A stretch of 64,000 nucleotides of DNA, taken from the NCBI GenBank assembly GCA_050294405.1, contig JBNKOC010000012.1, forward strand, positions 64,001-128,000. Direction: 5' to 3'. Origin of the DNA: Fibrobacteria bacterium (GTDB lineage: Bacteria > Fibrobacterota > Fibrobacteria > UBA11236 > JADFYW01). The position numbers were made by a program, and so were the translations under genes. Below are positions 9,954 to 19,580 of this stretch, in pieces; position 1 is the stretch's first letter; each line of letters opens with the position of its first letter. Under the pieces are notes generated by a model, which was given only the letters and a program-made list of their open reading frames with translations, was not told the DNA's origin and made no database searches.

Positions 9954-11621
9954 ATGGCAAATTTAAGGCAACAGTTACTTAAAATCCAAAAGCGCAATTA
10001 CGAGCGTAATTTGCAGCTGGTGCAGGAGAGTTTAGGCCATAATGCCCGTGTGAAAAAGTATGAGGCGGAGTATCAAAAGTACCTGCGCCGCTATTTGGAG
10101 ATATCTTCAAAATCAGAACTGATTCGGCAAATATTGCAAAGCGATGTGGTGTTTCACGGAGATTACCACACTTTGGGACAATCCCAGCGTTCCATTTTGC
10201 GGGTATTAAGGGAAGTAGCAGATAAAAGAGAATTGCTTTTGGCCATGGAAATGATTCACGGTGAGGATCAGGCCTCGCTGGACAAATATATGGCGGGAAA
10301 GCTCAGTGAAAAAAAGTTTTTAGAGCAAATCTCTTATCAGGAAAAGTGGCCGTTCCCCTGGGAGCATTTTAAGCCTATTCTGGATTTTTGCCGACTGAAT
10401 AAAATCAGAGTGGTGGGGATTAATTGCTCAACGGGAGAAAATGCCCAGAGTTTGCCGGAGCGGGACTTGTTTGCTGCCCAGGTTATCGCCAGGGAAATGA
10501 TAAAATACGACCAACATTTAATCTATGTTGTGGATGGGGATTTTCATATATCTCCCAACCATTTGCCCCGGCAACTGGATAAATTATGCAAACATATGGG
10601 GATGGAATATTCCCGTACTATCGTCTATCAAAATGCAGAAAATCTGTATTGGAGTTTGTGCCGGCAAGGGCTGGAAGAGTCCCATGTACTCAGAATTGAT
10701 GGCGAAAGCTTTTGCATTATGAACACTATGCCTGCCAATAAAATTCAGTCTTATTTAAACTGGCTGGAATATTCCGAGGAAGCATATTACCCTGTGACTC
10801 AGGAATGGGATGATGAGGCCTACGAAGGCCAGGGGCTTACCATAGAAAAAATGGTGGAAATAATTTGCCAGCTTTTGAAAATCGATTTAAATCCGGAGAT
10901 TTTTTCTCAATTGGAAATTTATTACGCAGCTAACCTGGACTTTATGGACGTAGTCTATGATATTCCTGAATTACACGCCTATATCCCAGATATTAAGAAC
11001 AAAATGAAGCGGGAAGAAGGCTTTTTGCTGGACTATTTTTCCGGCACCACCCGTAAGTTTTTAATATACCTGCCCAACACTAACATTAACATGGCCAGTG
11101 AGGAAGCCATGCATTTTATCAATGTGGCCATGAGGGGGCCCTTGAAATATGAACTTCCTCCTTTTGACCAATTTTACCGGGTTGCGGTCACCGAATGCCT
11201 GGGTTTTTTTGGCAGCAAGTTGATTAACGAAAAGCGCAAGGCCCAGACAGAGGCTTCTCTAAAAAAAATAATCGGCAATTTGGATGAGCAGGAAAACCTA
11301 AGTGAAGATAAAAAGGAAATGAAAGCCATTGCCAGAGGAATGTTAGGACAACTCCACAGCCTACGGGATAAAAAAAGCATGCTTTCTTTTAAAAGCAAGT
11401 TTAGGGCAGATGTGGAATCCAAATACTCGGTGATGTTAGCGACTCAGTTGGGTTATGTATTGGGAAATAAATTGTATTACGCTGTGAAACGGGAAAAGGT
11501 TCCCTTAGATTACATCCACTCCTGGATGTCAAGCCCTTTGGATTTGCCAGGTGACAGTTTTAAATGTTTTGCGGAAATTTACGAATCCGTTAAAAAAATA
11601 GCCCGTATTGTGCAGGACTAA
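9954..11621 (+). CDS. ChaN/DUF399-like domain protein with long C-terminal extension
   Basis: SDVVFHGDYHT, LAMEM and W-x-F-x-W-x-x-F-x-P-I-L in the N-terminal half. Confidence 0.6.
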   Translation: MANLRQQLLKIQKRNYERNLQLVQESLGHNARVKKYEAEYQKYLRRYLEISSKSELIRQILQSDVVFHGDYHTLGQSQRSILRVLREVADKRELLLAMEMIHGEDQASLDKYMAGKLSEKKFLEQISYQEKWPFPWEHFKPILDFCRLNKIRVVGINCSTGENAQSLPERDLFAAQVIAREMIKYDQHLIYVVDGDFHISPNHLPRQLDKLCKHMGMEYSRTIVYQNAENLYWSLCRQGLEESHVLRIDGESFCIMNTMPANKIQSYLNWLEYSEEAYYPVTQEWDDEAYEGQGLTIEKMVEIICQLLKIDLNPEIFSQLEIYYAANLDFMDVVYDIPELHAYIPDIKNKMKREEGFLLDYFSGTTRKFLIYLPNTNINMASEEAMHFINVAMRGPLKYELPPFDQFYRVAVTECLGFFGSKLINEKRKAQTEASLKKIIGNLDEQENLSEDKKEMKAIARGMLGQLHSLRDKKSMLSFKSKFRADVESKYSVMLATQLGYVLGNKLYYAVKREKVPLDYIHSWMSSPLDLPGDSFKCFAEIYESVKKIARIVQD

Positions 11622-11631
11622 TCATTAAGAC

Positions 11632-12363
11632 CTATGCATAATGGCTGGCGCTTTGCATGGTTTTCCCATCTAATATAATGGAACGCCAACCCGCCAAATA
11701 ACTTTCAATCTGAAATTTGCTTTCAAATTGGTTTATCTGATAGGCTGAAGAAGGGCAGATATGTATTCCAATACTCTTGTGAAAGGCGCTTTTTTCAGTA
11801 TGGTAATGCCCGCAAAATACATGTTTTAAATTGGGAACAGATTCTAGCGCCTTTAAACTTTGGGGAATATTCTTAAGGGGGTAATTGGAATCCATAAACT
11901 GACAGCCCATTTTTAAAGGAGGGTGGTGCATAAATAGGATGTTGTATGTTTTGCTTATTTTAAGGTCAGACAACCACTCCATTTGATTTTTGGGTAACAC
12001 ATTGTCTGTAGTGTCTAAAAATATAAGGTTATATCCAGATGTTTTTAAATTGTAAAACCATTGTTTGGCTTTTTTCGGCCTGAATTCCCCTAGAAATTTA
12101 TCCATATTTTCCGGTATGTCGTGGTTCCCGGGAATCAAATATGTTTTAAAGGGGAGTTTAACAAGTTGGTTTTTTACCCATTTATAAGCACCGGGCTCTC
12201 CATACTCCGCCGCTAAATCACCGCTTATAATCATAATATCTGGGTTAAACTTTTTTATTTGTCCCAAGGCTCTTAAAAAATTTGGGCGCACTTTGAGACC
12301 GCGGTAGGGCTCTGCAGTCGCGCTTATATGAATATCCGAAATTTGAGCTATTTTAAGTTTCAT
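11632..12363 (-). CDS. CpdA/Icc-like metallophosphoesterase
   Basis: QISDIH, SGDL, PGNHD, MHHPP and CGHYH. Confidence 0.88.
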   Translation of the reverse strand: MKLKIAQISDIHISATAEPYRGLKVRPNFLRALGQIKKFNPDIMIISGDLAAEYGEPGAYKWVKNQLVKLPFKTYLIPGNHDIPENMDKFLGEFRPKKAKQWFYNLKTSGYNLIFLDTTDNVLPKNQMEWLSDLKISKTYNILFMHHPPLKMGCQFMDSNYPLKNIPQSLKALESVPNLKHVFCGHYHTEKSAFHKSIGIHICPSSAYQINQFESKFQIESYLAGWRSIILDGKTMQSASHYA

Positions 12364-12551
12364 AATAAAGGATTGCGTTCCTAATTGTCTTAAAATTTAA
12401 AGCTGATTTAAATTTAAATTTAACCCAAATTTCTAAAATATCTATAGCTTGCGCCCCGTATTCAGCAATTTTTTAAAATTGTGTCCCTTGTAAATTTGAA
12501 TTTGGCCTTATATTGAGGGATAATTAGTTAGTCCGGCATTTTTGCGTTAAT

Positions 12552-12935
12552 ATGAACAAAAAACTTGTACTAGTCATCGAAGACCAACCTTCTATCCGGG
12601 AAATGATAGTGGATTCTCTGGAAGTTTTGGGCTATTCCACTTTGGAAGCCAAGGGAATGGAATCTGCTTTAAAAATAGCCCAGGCCCACAAAGGCAGTAT
12701 ACAAACAGTGATATGTGATATGATACTTGGTTTTCACAGAGGTACAGAAATTGTATCTGAACTTAAAAAATGCATTCCCCATTTTGCAGTTATCTATATG
12801 AGTGGGTACAGAAAAGAAGACTTAATGTCTAAAACCTCAGAGGAAGAAAATGAAATATTTCTTTCCAAGCCCTTTAGTATCGAAACCCTGGAAAAGGCTA
12901 TGGCTAAGGCCAGGCAGGCTGTAAAAATTATATGA
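12552..12935 (+). CDS. single-domain response regulator (receiver)
   Basis: VIEDQ, phospho-acceptor ICD, MSGY and SKPF. Confidence 0.9.
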   Translation: MNKKLVLVIEDQPSIREMIVDSLEVLGYSTLEAKGMESALKIAQAHKGSIQTVICDMILGFHRGTEIVSELKKCIPHFAVIYMSGYRKEDLMSKTSEEENEIFLSKPFSIETLEKAMAKARQAVKII

Positions 12936-12936
12936 A

Positions 12937-13740
12937 TTAAAATTCAAGGGTTATTTCGTATCCGGTATATTTGCGGATGTTAATAACCCCAGTGTCAAAA
13001 ATCAGATACTGCCCTTTTATTCCCATTAGGCTTCCCTCGGCAATTGGTTTTTTATCCAAATTAAAAGAGGAAATTTTAGTGGGGTATTCTAAAACAGGGT
13101 AGTTGAATTCAAATATGTTATTTCCATCTTCCGAATTAGCAATACTCCCGGCCAATTCCGAAGGCCAATGCTTTAGCAATTCCTGTTTTAGTTGGCGGAG
13201 ATCTAACTCAGGCTGGGCATTTTGCAACATTTTACGCCAATTGGTTTTATCTGCCACTTGGGACTTCAGGGATGTTTCTATTTCGCCGGAAATTTTCCGG
13301 TTAGGCACCACTCCTAACACTATGGCCTGGCTGGCTCCCTGGTCCACCCAGCGGGTTTTTTGCTGGTGGCTACGGGTTATGCCCACTTTTGGCCCTGATG
13401 AATTGGCTAAATACACTGTATGGGGAATCATGCAGTGTTTTTCTCCCCATTCAGGCTCCCGGCAAGTCCCGTTAAAATAATGGCACAACTCCGGTTTTAA
13501 AATACACATATCGCAAGCCGCTAATTTTTGAGAACAGGGAAAGCAATAACCCTGATTAAAAGATTTTTTTATGGGCCTTTGGCAGTGGATGCAGCTAATT
13601 TTACCGGCAAACTCCAGCTTTAGTTTTTTGCCCAGCAAGGGATTTAAGGGCATCTTGGATTCTCCGCTAACCCATTGGTATTCCACCTGGCTTTCCCCGT
13701 TTGTATGCATTTTTTTGACTACGCCGCTTAGGGTTTCCAT
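12937..13740 (-). CDS. DUF2797-family protein
   Basis: CIHC, SFNQGYCFPC, PHTVYLANSSGPKVGITR and GIKGQYL. Confidence 0.85.
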   Translation of the reverse strand: METLSGVVKKMHTNGESQVEYQWVSGESKMPLNPLLGKKLKLEFAGKISCIHCQRPIKKSFNQGYCFPCSQKLAACDMCILKPELCHYFNGTCREPEWGEKHCMIPHTVYLANSSGPKVGITRSHQQKTRWVDQGASQAIVLGVVPNRKISGEIETSLKSQVADKTNWRKMLQNAQPELDLRQLKQELLKHWPSELAGSIANSEDGNNIFEFNYPVLEYPTKISSFNLDKKPIAEGSLMGIKGQYLIFDTGVINIRKYTGYEITLEF

Positions 13741-13822
13741 TTGTATTCCTTTACTTTTATTCTTCTCTCAATTTGGTAAATTATCATAAAATTTTTTGAT
13801 TATCTAATAATAGGAAAAACCC

Positions 13823-14176
13823 ATGATAAGCTTTTACGGATATAAAAATTGTGGCACTTGTAAGAAGGCGGAAAAGTGGCTTCAGGCAAAGGGATTGGAT
13901 TACAAGTTTATAGATATTACTCAGGAACCGCCAGAAGCTAAAAAATTGCAAAAAATTTTATCCCAAAGCCAAAAACCCATGAACAAATGGTTTAACACAA
14001 GCGGGCAGGTTTATCGGGAACAAAAAATTAAAGACAAGCTGCCAAAATTAAACGAGGCTGAATCGGTAAAATTGCTGGCGGCTAATGGGAAACTTATTAA
14101 ACGCCCCCTGGTCACAGATGGCAAAACATCCACTGTTGGCTTTTCTGAAGATGAGTTTCAATCCTGCTGGAAGTAA
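13823..14176 (+). CDS. ArsC/Spx-family protein
   Basis: YKNCGTCKKA, FNTSG and LIKRP. Confidence 0.9.
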   Translation: MISFYGYKNCGTCKKAEKWLQAKGLDYKFIDITQEPPEAKKLQKILSQSQKPMNKWFNTSGQVYREQKIKDKLPKLNEAESVKLLAANGKLIKRPLVTDGKTSTVGFSEDEFQSCWK

Positions 14177-14269
14177 TTTTTATTATTCACCAGCTTTTTG
14201 TAAAAAAGTTCCAAAAAAGCTGGTTTTTTTTCAGAATCTTGTATTTTATCCAAAAAATATGAGTGGATT

Positions 14270-14830
14270 ATGAGATTAGCAAAAGTTACCCGAATTATTA
14301 CGACCCTTTTTCTTTTTGGCTGTTTTGGTACGCAGGTTATGGCTCAATCAGCCCAGGACGATAACAGTATTCCCGATTTTGAAAAGGACTCCACAAAAAA
14401 AAGGCGATACATAGATTTTGGTTTAGAGTTGCCCCCGGTTTCAAATCCGGATATGTTATTCTCTCACTTTGCCAATCGCAAGTTACTGATTTTTTTCTTT
14501 TCGGCAAAATGCGTCCATTGCCAAAGGGCATTTCCCCATGTACAAAAGCTGGCAAAAAAATTGGAAGCCCAGGGCGTCTCTTCCATTGGAATAGCCATTA
14601 AAAACAATTCGGAAAGCGATATAAGGCAATTTATTAGGCAGTTTAATTGCGATATTCCAGTCTTTCACGATTCCGAGAGAAAATTTTCAAATCCCTATGG
14701 CACGGGTTCCATACCACTGATTCTCGCCGTGAATGATAGGGCTGAATACATCCGTTTCCGCCATTTTAAAGAAGATGTTACTCCAGGTCTTATTGAAGAA
14801 TTGTTTGCCTCTGGTCGAATAGACAAATAA
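14270..14830 (+). CDS. exported TlpA/peroxiredoxin-like thioredoxin-fold protein
   Basis: Signal peptide, CVHC motif and YGTGSIP. Confidence 0.8.
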   Translation: MRLAKVTRIITTLFLFGCFGTQVMAQSAQDDNSIPDFEKDSTKKRRYIDFGLELPPVSNPDMLFSHFANRKLLIFFFSAKCVHCQRAFPHVQKLAKKLEAQGVSSIGIAIKNNSESDIRQFIRQFNCDIPVFHDSERKFSNPYGTGSIPLILAVNDRAEYIRFRHFKEDVTPGLIEELFASGRIDK

Positions 14831-14837
14831 CTTTTGT

Positions 14838-15845
14838 TTGCCAGTTTTTAACTCCCAATTTAAAGCCAAGGTGAAGCTGCCCAAAAACCAGCCGATGGCT
14901 TTTTTGGAATACTTATCCCTTCGTTTTACCTATAAAACCAGGGAGGAATGGGAAAAGCTAATTGAGGAAAAGCTGGCTTTTGTGGAGGGAAAAACCTCCT
15001 CACCCCATAGCCTTATCCATAATGAGGATGTTATTTGTTTTAAGGTGGTGGATTATCAGGAACCAGAGGTACCCACAGATATAAAGCTTTTGGCCAGGGA
15101 AAAAGATTTATGGGTGTATCACAAGCCAATGGGACTTCCCGTTCACAAAACCGGTCGCGTTTTTTTTAACACCATGGTTAACTTGGTCCGGGAGAAAACC
15201 TCCAATCCGGGATTAAGCCCTATACATCGCCTGGATCAGGAAACAGGCGGCCTGGTTTTTTTCCAAAATGAAGCTGGGAGCAAGATAAAAAAAATAAAAA
15301 TTCATAAATGGTACATGGCTTATGTATGGGGGAGGCCAGAAAAAGAAGAGGGGTACATCGAATTTCCCCTGGATACTTTGGAGGATTCGGCCATCCGTTG
15401 CCAAATGCACCATGTTTCTTTGGGAAAACCCAGTACGACCTATTACCAATTATTGGAAAGCGATGGAAAAAATTCATGTATATTGGCTTTTCCTGTGACA
15501 GGGCGCAAGCATCAGATTAGAGCCCACTTGTCATTGATGGGATGCCCAATTGTGGGAGATAAAATTTATTCTGAACAGGGAAAGTTTTTTTTAGAGCGTT
15601 TAAAGAGGGAGCTTACAGAATTGGATTATGAAGCTTTGGGGGCCGAGCAGCACCAGCTCTTTTGTTTTGGAGCTTTGGCCAATGGGGAAGGCAAGCAACA
15701 TAATATTTGGCTGGACAAAAATTTGCAAGGCCTTTTACAAAAACCCAAGGCGGTACTTGAGGAATTTATGAATAACATGGCCCCGAATTTTCTTTTGGAA
15801 AAAACCAGGGATATTATTGGGGGGATTGGGGCAAGTACTTTTTAA
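14838..15845 (+). CDS. RluA-family pseudouridine synthase (start uncertain)
   Basis: HKPMGLPVH, HRLDQETGG, TGRKHQIRAHL and PIVGDKIY. Confidence 0.92.
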   Translation: MPVFNSQFKAKVKLPKNQPMAFLEYLSLRFTYKTREEWEKLIEEKLAFVEGKTSSPHSLIHNEDVICFKVVDYQEPEVPTDIKLLAREKDLWVYHKPMGLPVHKTGRVFFNTMVNLVREKTSNPGLSPIHRLDQETGGLVFFQNEAGSKIKKIKIHKWYMAYVWGRPEKEEGYIEFPLDTLEDSAIRCQMHHVSLGKPSTTYYQLLESDGKNSCILAFPVTGRKHQIRAHLSLMGCPIVGDKIYSEQGKFFLERLKRELTELDYEALGAEQHQLFCFGALANGEGKQHNIWLDKNLQGLLQKPKAVLEEFMNNMAPNFLLEKTRDIIGGIGASTF

Positions 15846-16539
15846 TTTCGAACTTGCCCGCTGACATTTCCACGTAATGCATATTAAAAAACCAGTCTCC
15901 GATGTTTATGTGCAATCCATTGGGGTGTTCTTCCAAAAAACTCCAGTGCGTGTGGCCGTGCATCACCACATCAAAATCCTGAAGGAGTGATAGGGCTTTT
16001 TCCTTGTATTCTGGTTTTTTATTTTCCCGGGGCACTTGCCTGGAAGTGTGCCCCACCCACTTGGCCAGAGCCATTCCCCCATCGGGATGGATGAGTTTAA
16101 AAGCAAAATTGGAGAAGGGGTGGCGGATAATCCTTTTCATTATCCGGTATTTCCAGTCTGTTTTTGCCATGCCGTCCCCATGGTGCAAATACAAATTTTT
16201 GCCCTGCAAATTTACGATAAATTCGTTTTGGTGCTGATGTATATTGAGGTGCTGTTTAAAAAAGCTTCCCAAATTAAAATCGTGGTTGCCCGCCAGATAA
16301 TGTATTTCCACCCCTTGTTGGGCAGCTTGATTGAGTGCGCTTAAAACCTGGAAGTGTTCTTTGGGAATGTAATATTTGTACTCCATCCAGAATTCAAACA
16401 AATCTCCCAGTATAAACAAATGGCTGGCCCTAATTGCTTCCTCACGCAAAAAATCGCAAAAGTGCTTTTCTCTCTGGGGTATGGCAGATGGGGCATTTGC
16501 ACCAAAATGCAGGTCAGATACAAAAAGGGCTTTTTCCAT
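15814..16539 (-). CDS. lpxH: UDP-2,3-diacylglucosamine diphosphatase
   Basis: SDLH, LGDLFEFW, GNHD, HGD and GHTH. Likely start is MEKALF at 16539, not the longer ORF start at 16605. Confidence 0.85.
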   Translation of the reverse strand: MEKALFVSDLHFGANAPSAIPQREKHFCDFLREEAIRASHLFILGDLFEFWMEYKYYIPKEHFQVLSALNQAAQQGVEIHYLAGNHDFNLGSFFKQHLNIHQHQNEFIVNLQGKNLYLHHGDGMAKTDWKYRIMKRIIRHPFSNFAFKLIHPDGGMALAKWVGHTSRQVPRENKKPEYKEKALSLLQDFDVVMHGHTHWSFLEEHPNGLHINIGDWFFNMHYVEMSAGKFEIKKYLPQSPQ

Positions 16540-16573
16540 GTTAAACAATGTAATTAAAGCAGCCGGTAAAAAT

Positions 16574-16664
16574 AGGGCGTCGCGTTGCCCCTTCAAGCTC
16601 GACAAGTATCTACATCCAGGCTTCTCGGTTCCTCTTCACGCGTCTCGTCTTAAGTTGCGATCCT
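16574..16664 (-). ncRNA. candidate structured RNA or cis-regulatory leader upstream of lpxH
   Basis: GC- and CpG-rich island in an AT-rich spacer. Nested pairings on the minus strand (UCGC/GCGA, CUUAAG/CUUGAAG, GACGAG/CUUGUC) and a 3' GGGC...GCCC hairpin followed by AUUUUU. Confidence 0.4.
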
Positions 16665-16688
16665 CAATTTTTAAGAAATTCCTGTGTA

Positions 16689-17327
16689 CTACAAATAATT
16701 TTTCAGGATGCGCACCAGTTCTTTTGTGGAATGTCCCTTATGAATTTGCTCAATGCCTTCCAAAATCATATTCAAGTGCTCTTCAATGTTTTTAAGCATG
16801 GCCTTTTTAAGGTTGTCCATCAGGGCCTGGCTGGTTTTGGGGTCGCGGCCGGTGAGTATGTATTCCAGACCTTTTTTTAACACAAAGTTTTCCAGATATT
16901 TCTCGTTAATGGCATGCATGGTGTTTTCCAGACTGGGAAGCCCCTCTTTTTGAACTAGTTGGGAAATATCCAAAAGGCTGGCAAAAATTTCGTGCTTGTT
17001 TCGGGTTTCCACTCTAACAGGTTTTGTATCCCTGATGTTAGGCATTTCAATGGGGCTTGCCTGAAGCTGGTTTTTATTGATGATTTCGGCAAGAGCCTCT
17101 TGGGCAGAAGCAATTTCTTCTTCCTCTAATTCGTGATAAGAGGCTAACATTTTTGATAGCTGCTTTTTGGCGCTATAGGTGGTATTGCGGAAGAATATTT
17201 TTCTTTGAGAATCACTAAGACCAACTAATGCCTTGGCTAAAACAGGAAATTCCACTTCCAGTAAGGACATTTGAATATCGTGATCTTTAAGCGTGCTGGA
17301 GCTTAATATTTTGACCAAATTATTCAT
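16689..17327 (-). CDS. soluble fusion of a FliG C-terminal-like domain and MotA cytoplasmic-like segments
   Basis: N-half DHDIQMSLLEV...LAKALVG...KIFFRN...EIASAQ resembles FliG_C. C-half QKEGLPSLE...LKKGLEYILTG...MILEGIEQI...ILKNYL resembles MotA. No transmembrane helices. Confidence 0.7.
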   Translation of the reverse strand: MNNLVKILSSSTLKDHDIQMSLLEVEFPVLAKALVGLSDSQRKIFFRNTTYSAKKQLSKMLASYHELEEEEIASAQEALAEIINKNQLQASPIEMPNIRDTKPVRVETRNKHEIFASLLDISQLVQKEGLPSLENTMHAINEKYLENFVLKKGLEYILTGRDPKTSQALMDNLKKAMLKNIEEHLNMILEGIEQIHKGHSTKELVRILKNYL

Positions 17328-17390
17328 AGTGCCTTTAAATTAAAAAAGTAAAGCTGCTAAGGCTGAAATATTTAAGGGCGGGTTTTAAAA

Positions 17391-17831
17391 TTATCTACCA
17401 ATAGTTTTGAGTTGGGCCACAATTTTACCCAACTTTTGTTCAAGGGCTTCGGCCTCGGTGCTTTCCAATTTTTTGAGTTGAGCAAGAATTTGGTTGGCCT
17501 TAATAATGTTGCCTTGCCAAATATAAAGCTCTCCTAGGTAGCCTAACGTTTCTTCATTATTGGGATTTGATTTTAAAACTTTTTTGTATTGCTTGTAGGC
17601 TTCGTTAGCGTAATTTTTTGAAATGTTACTCAGACAATAGCCTAAATTATTTAAGGCTTCTGGGGTTTCGCCTTCGGACTCAATAGACTGGCGAAACAAT
17701 TCCGCAGCTTTTTCAAAATCCTGGGAGGCCTGGGCTGCTATTCCCTTTTTATAAATTTCACCTGCGGCCCCTACAAATGCAAAAGTGGCAAGGGCAACAA
17801 GAAGCCCTGTTAAAAACCATTTTTTAACCAT
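17391..17831 (-). CDS. exported TPR protein
   Basis: Likely start MVKKWF after GGAGG RBS; signal peptide; TPR motifs (ALNNLGY, TLGYLGELY). Confidence 0.8.
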   Translation of the reverse strand: MVKKWFLTGLLVALATFAFVGAAGEIYKKGIAAQASQDFEKAAELFRQSIESEGETPEALNNLGYCLSNISKNYANEAYKQYKKVLKSNPNNEETLGYLGELYIWQGNIIKANQILAQLKKLESTEAEALEQKLGKIVAQLKTIGR

Positions 17832-18045
17832 AACTGTTCCTCCAGGAAAAATGCGAGTTGTGATAATAGCTTTAAAAAATTGCATATAAAAATGGGACAA
17901 TTCCAAGGCACCCCTTATTTTGCCCGTGCTTGTAAAATACAGCTAAAAAACCTAAAAATCAATAGAACCTTACCACAATTAATGGCCAAAATCTTTAAAA
18001 ATCGCCATTTTCGGTCATTTTTTTTTATTTAAAGGTTACAGTTAA

Positions 18046-18930
18046 ATGAAAAAGCTTTTTTTGACAGGCACCAGCGGATTTTTGGGCTGGAAAATCTTTG
18101 AGGAGGCTCAGTCTTCCTTTGAAATTTGGGGCTCTTTTTTATCCAATAGTTTATCCCACCCGAGGTTAAATTCAATGCGACTGGATTTAACTCAGGCAAA
18201 GGAGTTGGAATCGGCTCTTTTAAAGTTAAAACCCGACGCCATTATCCATTGCGCGGCCCAGGCCAACGCAAATTTTTGTGAAACCCACTCTTCTGAATCC
18301 CATGTTATTAACGTAGACTCCTCTTTGAATCTGGCTAACTATTGTCAAAGACATTCTATTCCCTTTGTTTTTGTTTCCAGCGATTTGGTGTTTGATGGTG
18401 CAAAAGGAAACTATAGGGAGTCGGACAAGGCAAAGCCCATATGTATATATGGAAAGCAAAAACTTGAAGCGGAGGATGCGATTTTAGGAATGTGTTCCCA
18501 TTCCCTGGTATTGCGGGTTCCGTTGATGTTTGGAGAACCGGGGCCGGAAAAAAACAATGGCCTGCGGGCTTTAATTCAGTCTTTGCAAAAGACAAAGGAA
18601 GTTCGGCTCTTTACGGATGAATACCGTACAGCTATGTATGGACGGGATGTGGCAAAAATCATATTGCAGTTAACGGGAAAACAGAAAGGCCTGTTTCATG
18701 TGGCCTCTCGGGAAAGGTTATCCCGCTATGAACTGGGTAAAGAAATCAACAAGTTATTTGGGCTAAGGGGCAACATCAAAGGAGTTTTGCAGGACTCCCT
18801 CGCCTTTCCCGCTCCCCGTCCGAAGGATGTTAGTTTATCCGCAAATAAAATCATGGAAAGTGGAATAAACATTCCTCCTTTAAAGGAACAACTTAAAGAA
18901 TGTTTTGAAAGTTGGAAAGCCTTAGCTTAG
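18046..18930 (+). CDS. RmlD-like NAD(P)-dependent oxidoreductase (dTDP-4-dehydrorhamnose reductase family)
   Basis: TGTSGFLG, SSDLVFDG, YGKQK and PRPKDVSL. Confidence 0.88.
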   Translation: MKKLFLTGTSGFLGWKIFEEAQSSFEIWGSFLSNSLSHPRLNSMRLDLTQAKELESALLKLKPDAIIHCAAQANANFCETHSSESHVINVDSSLNLANYCQRHSIPFVFVSSDLVFDGAKGNYRESDKAKPICIYGKQKLEAEDAILGMCSHSLVLRVPLMFGEPGPEKNNGLRALIQSLQKTKEVRLFTDEYRTAMYGRDVAKIILQLTGKQKGLFHVASRERLSRYELGKEINKLFGLRGNIKGVLQDSLAFPAPRPKDVSLSANKIMESGINIPPLKEQLKECFESWKALA

Positions 18931-19580
18931 TGGTTGAATTGCGCTTTGGCTTCTTCCATGGTTTCAGCACGGGGAATTAGGGTTTCCAAATGCATCATTC
19001 GCCATACGGATTCCACAGAATCAGTTGGGTTTAAAATAACCAACATCCCCTGTTTTTCCTGAAGCATTCCCCGGATACGGAACATTTCTGTAACCCCGGA
19101 GCTTCCCAAATGGATTAATTTGGAACAATCCAAAATGCAGTTTTCGTAGTCAATAAGATGTTTTTCGTAGAATTCTCTAAATTGGGTGCAATGATCCAAA
19201 GTGCTCAGGCTGCCGGATATTTCAAAATAGCCGATTCCGTTGTAGTCTGAATTTAATTTTAATTCCAGGGAGCTTTCTTCTTTTTTAAAGTCGCCTTCAT
19301 TTTCAATGGAAAATAAATTGAGCACGTTTGTAGTTTCAAATAAGGTCATAGCCGAGGCATTCACTTTTTTTAAAACCAGGTTTCGCTTTGCTTTTTCGCA
19401 GGTTTTTAATGCGCGGATTAAACCAGAAAGCATAATGGAATTTAAATATTGGCAGAACTGCATATCAATGTATACAGTATCAACTCCGCTTTCCACCGAT
19501 TCGGCTACGGTTTTTACAAACTGATTTGTTTCCTTAAAGGAAAGCTTGGAGCCAAGGGATATAGTCGTGGTGTTAGTCAT
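18927..19580 (-). CDS. tandem STAS-domain protein (anti-anti-sigma-like)
   Basis: Two STAS units: IDMQFCQYLNSIMLSGL and LDCSKLIHLGSSGVTEM. Confidence 0.8.
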   Translation of the reverse strand: MTNTTTISLGSKLSFKETNQFVKTVAESVESGVDTVYIDMQFCQYLNSIMLSGLIRALKTCEKAKRNLVLKKVNASAMTLFETTNVLNLFSIENEGDFKKEESSLELKLNSDYNGIGYFEISGSLSTLDHCTQFREFYEKHLIDYENCILDCSKLIHLGSSGVTEMFRIRGMLQEKQGMLVILNPTDSVESVWRMMHLETLIPRAETMEEAKAQFNH

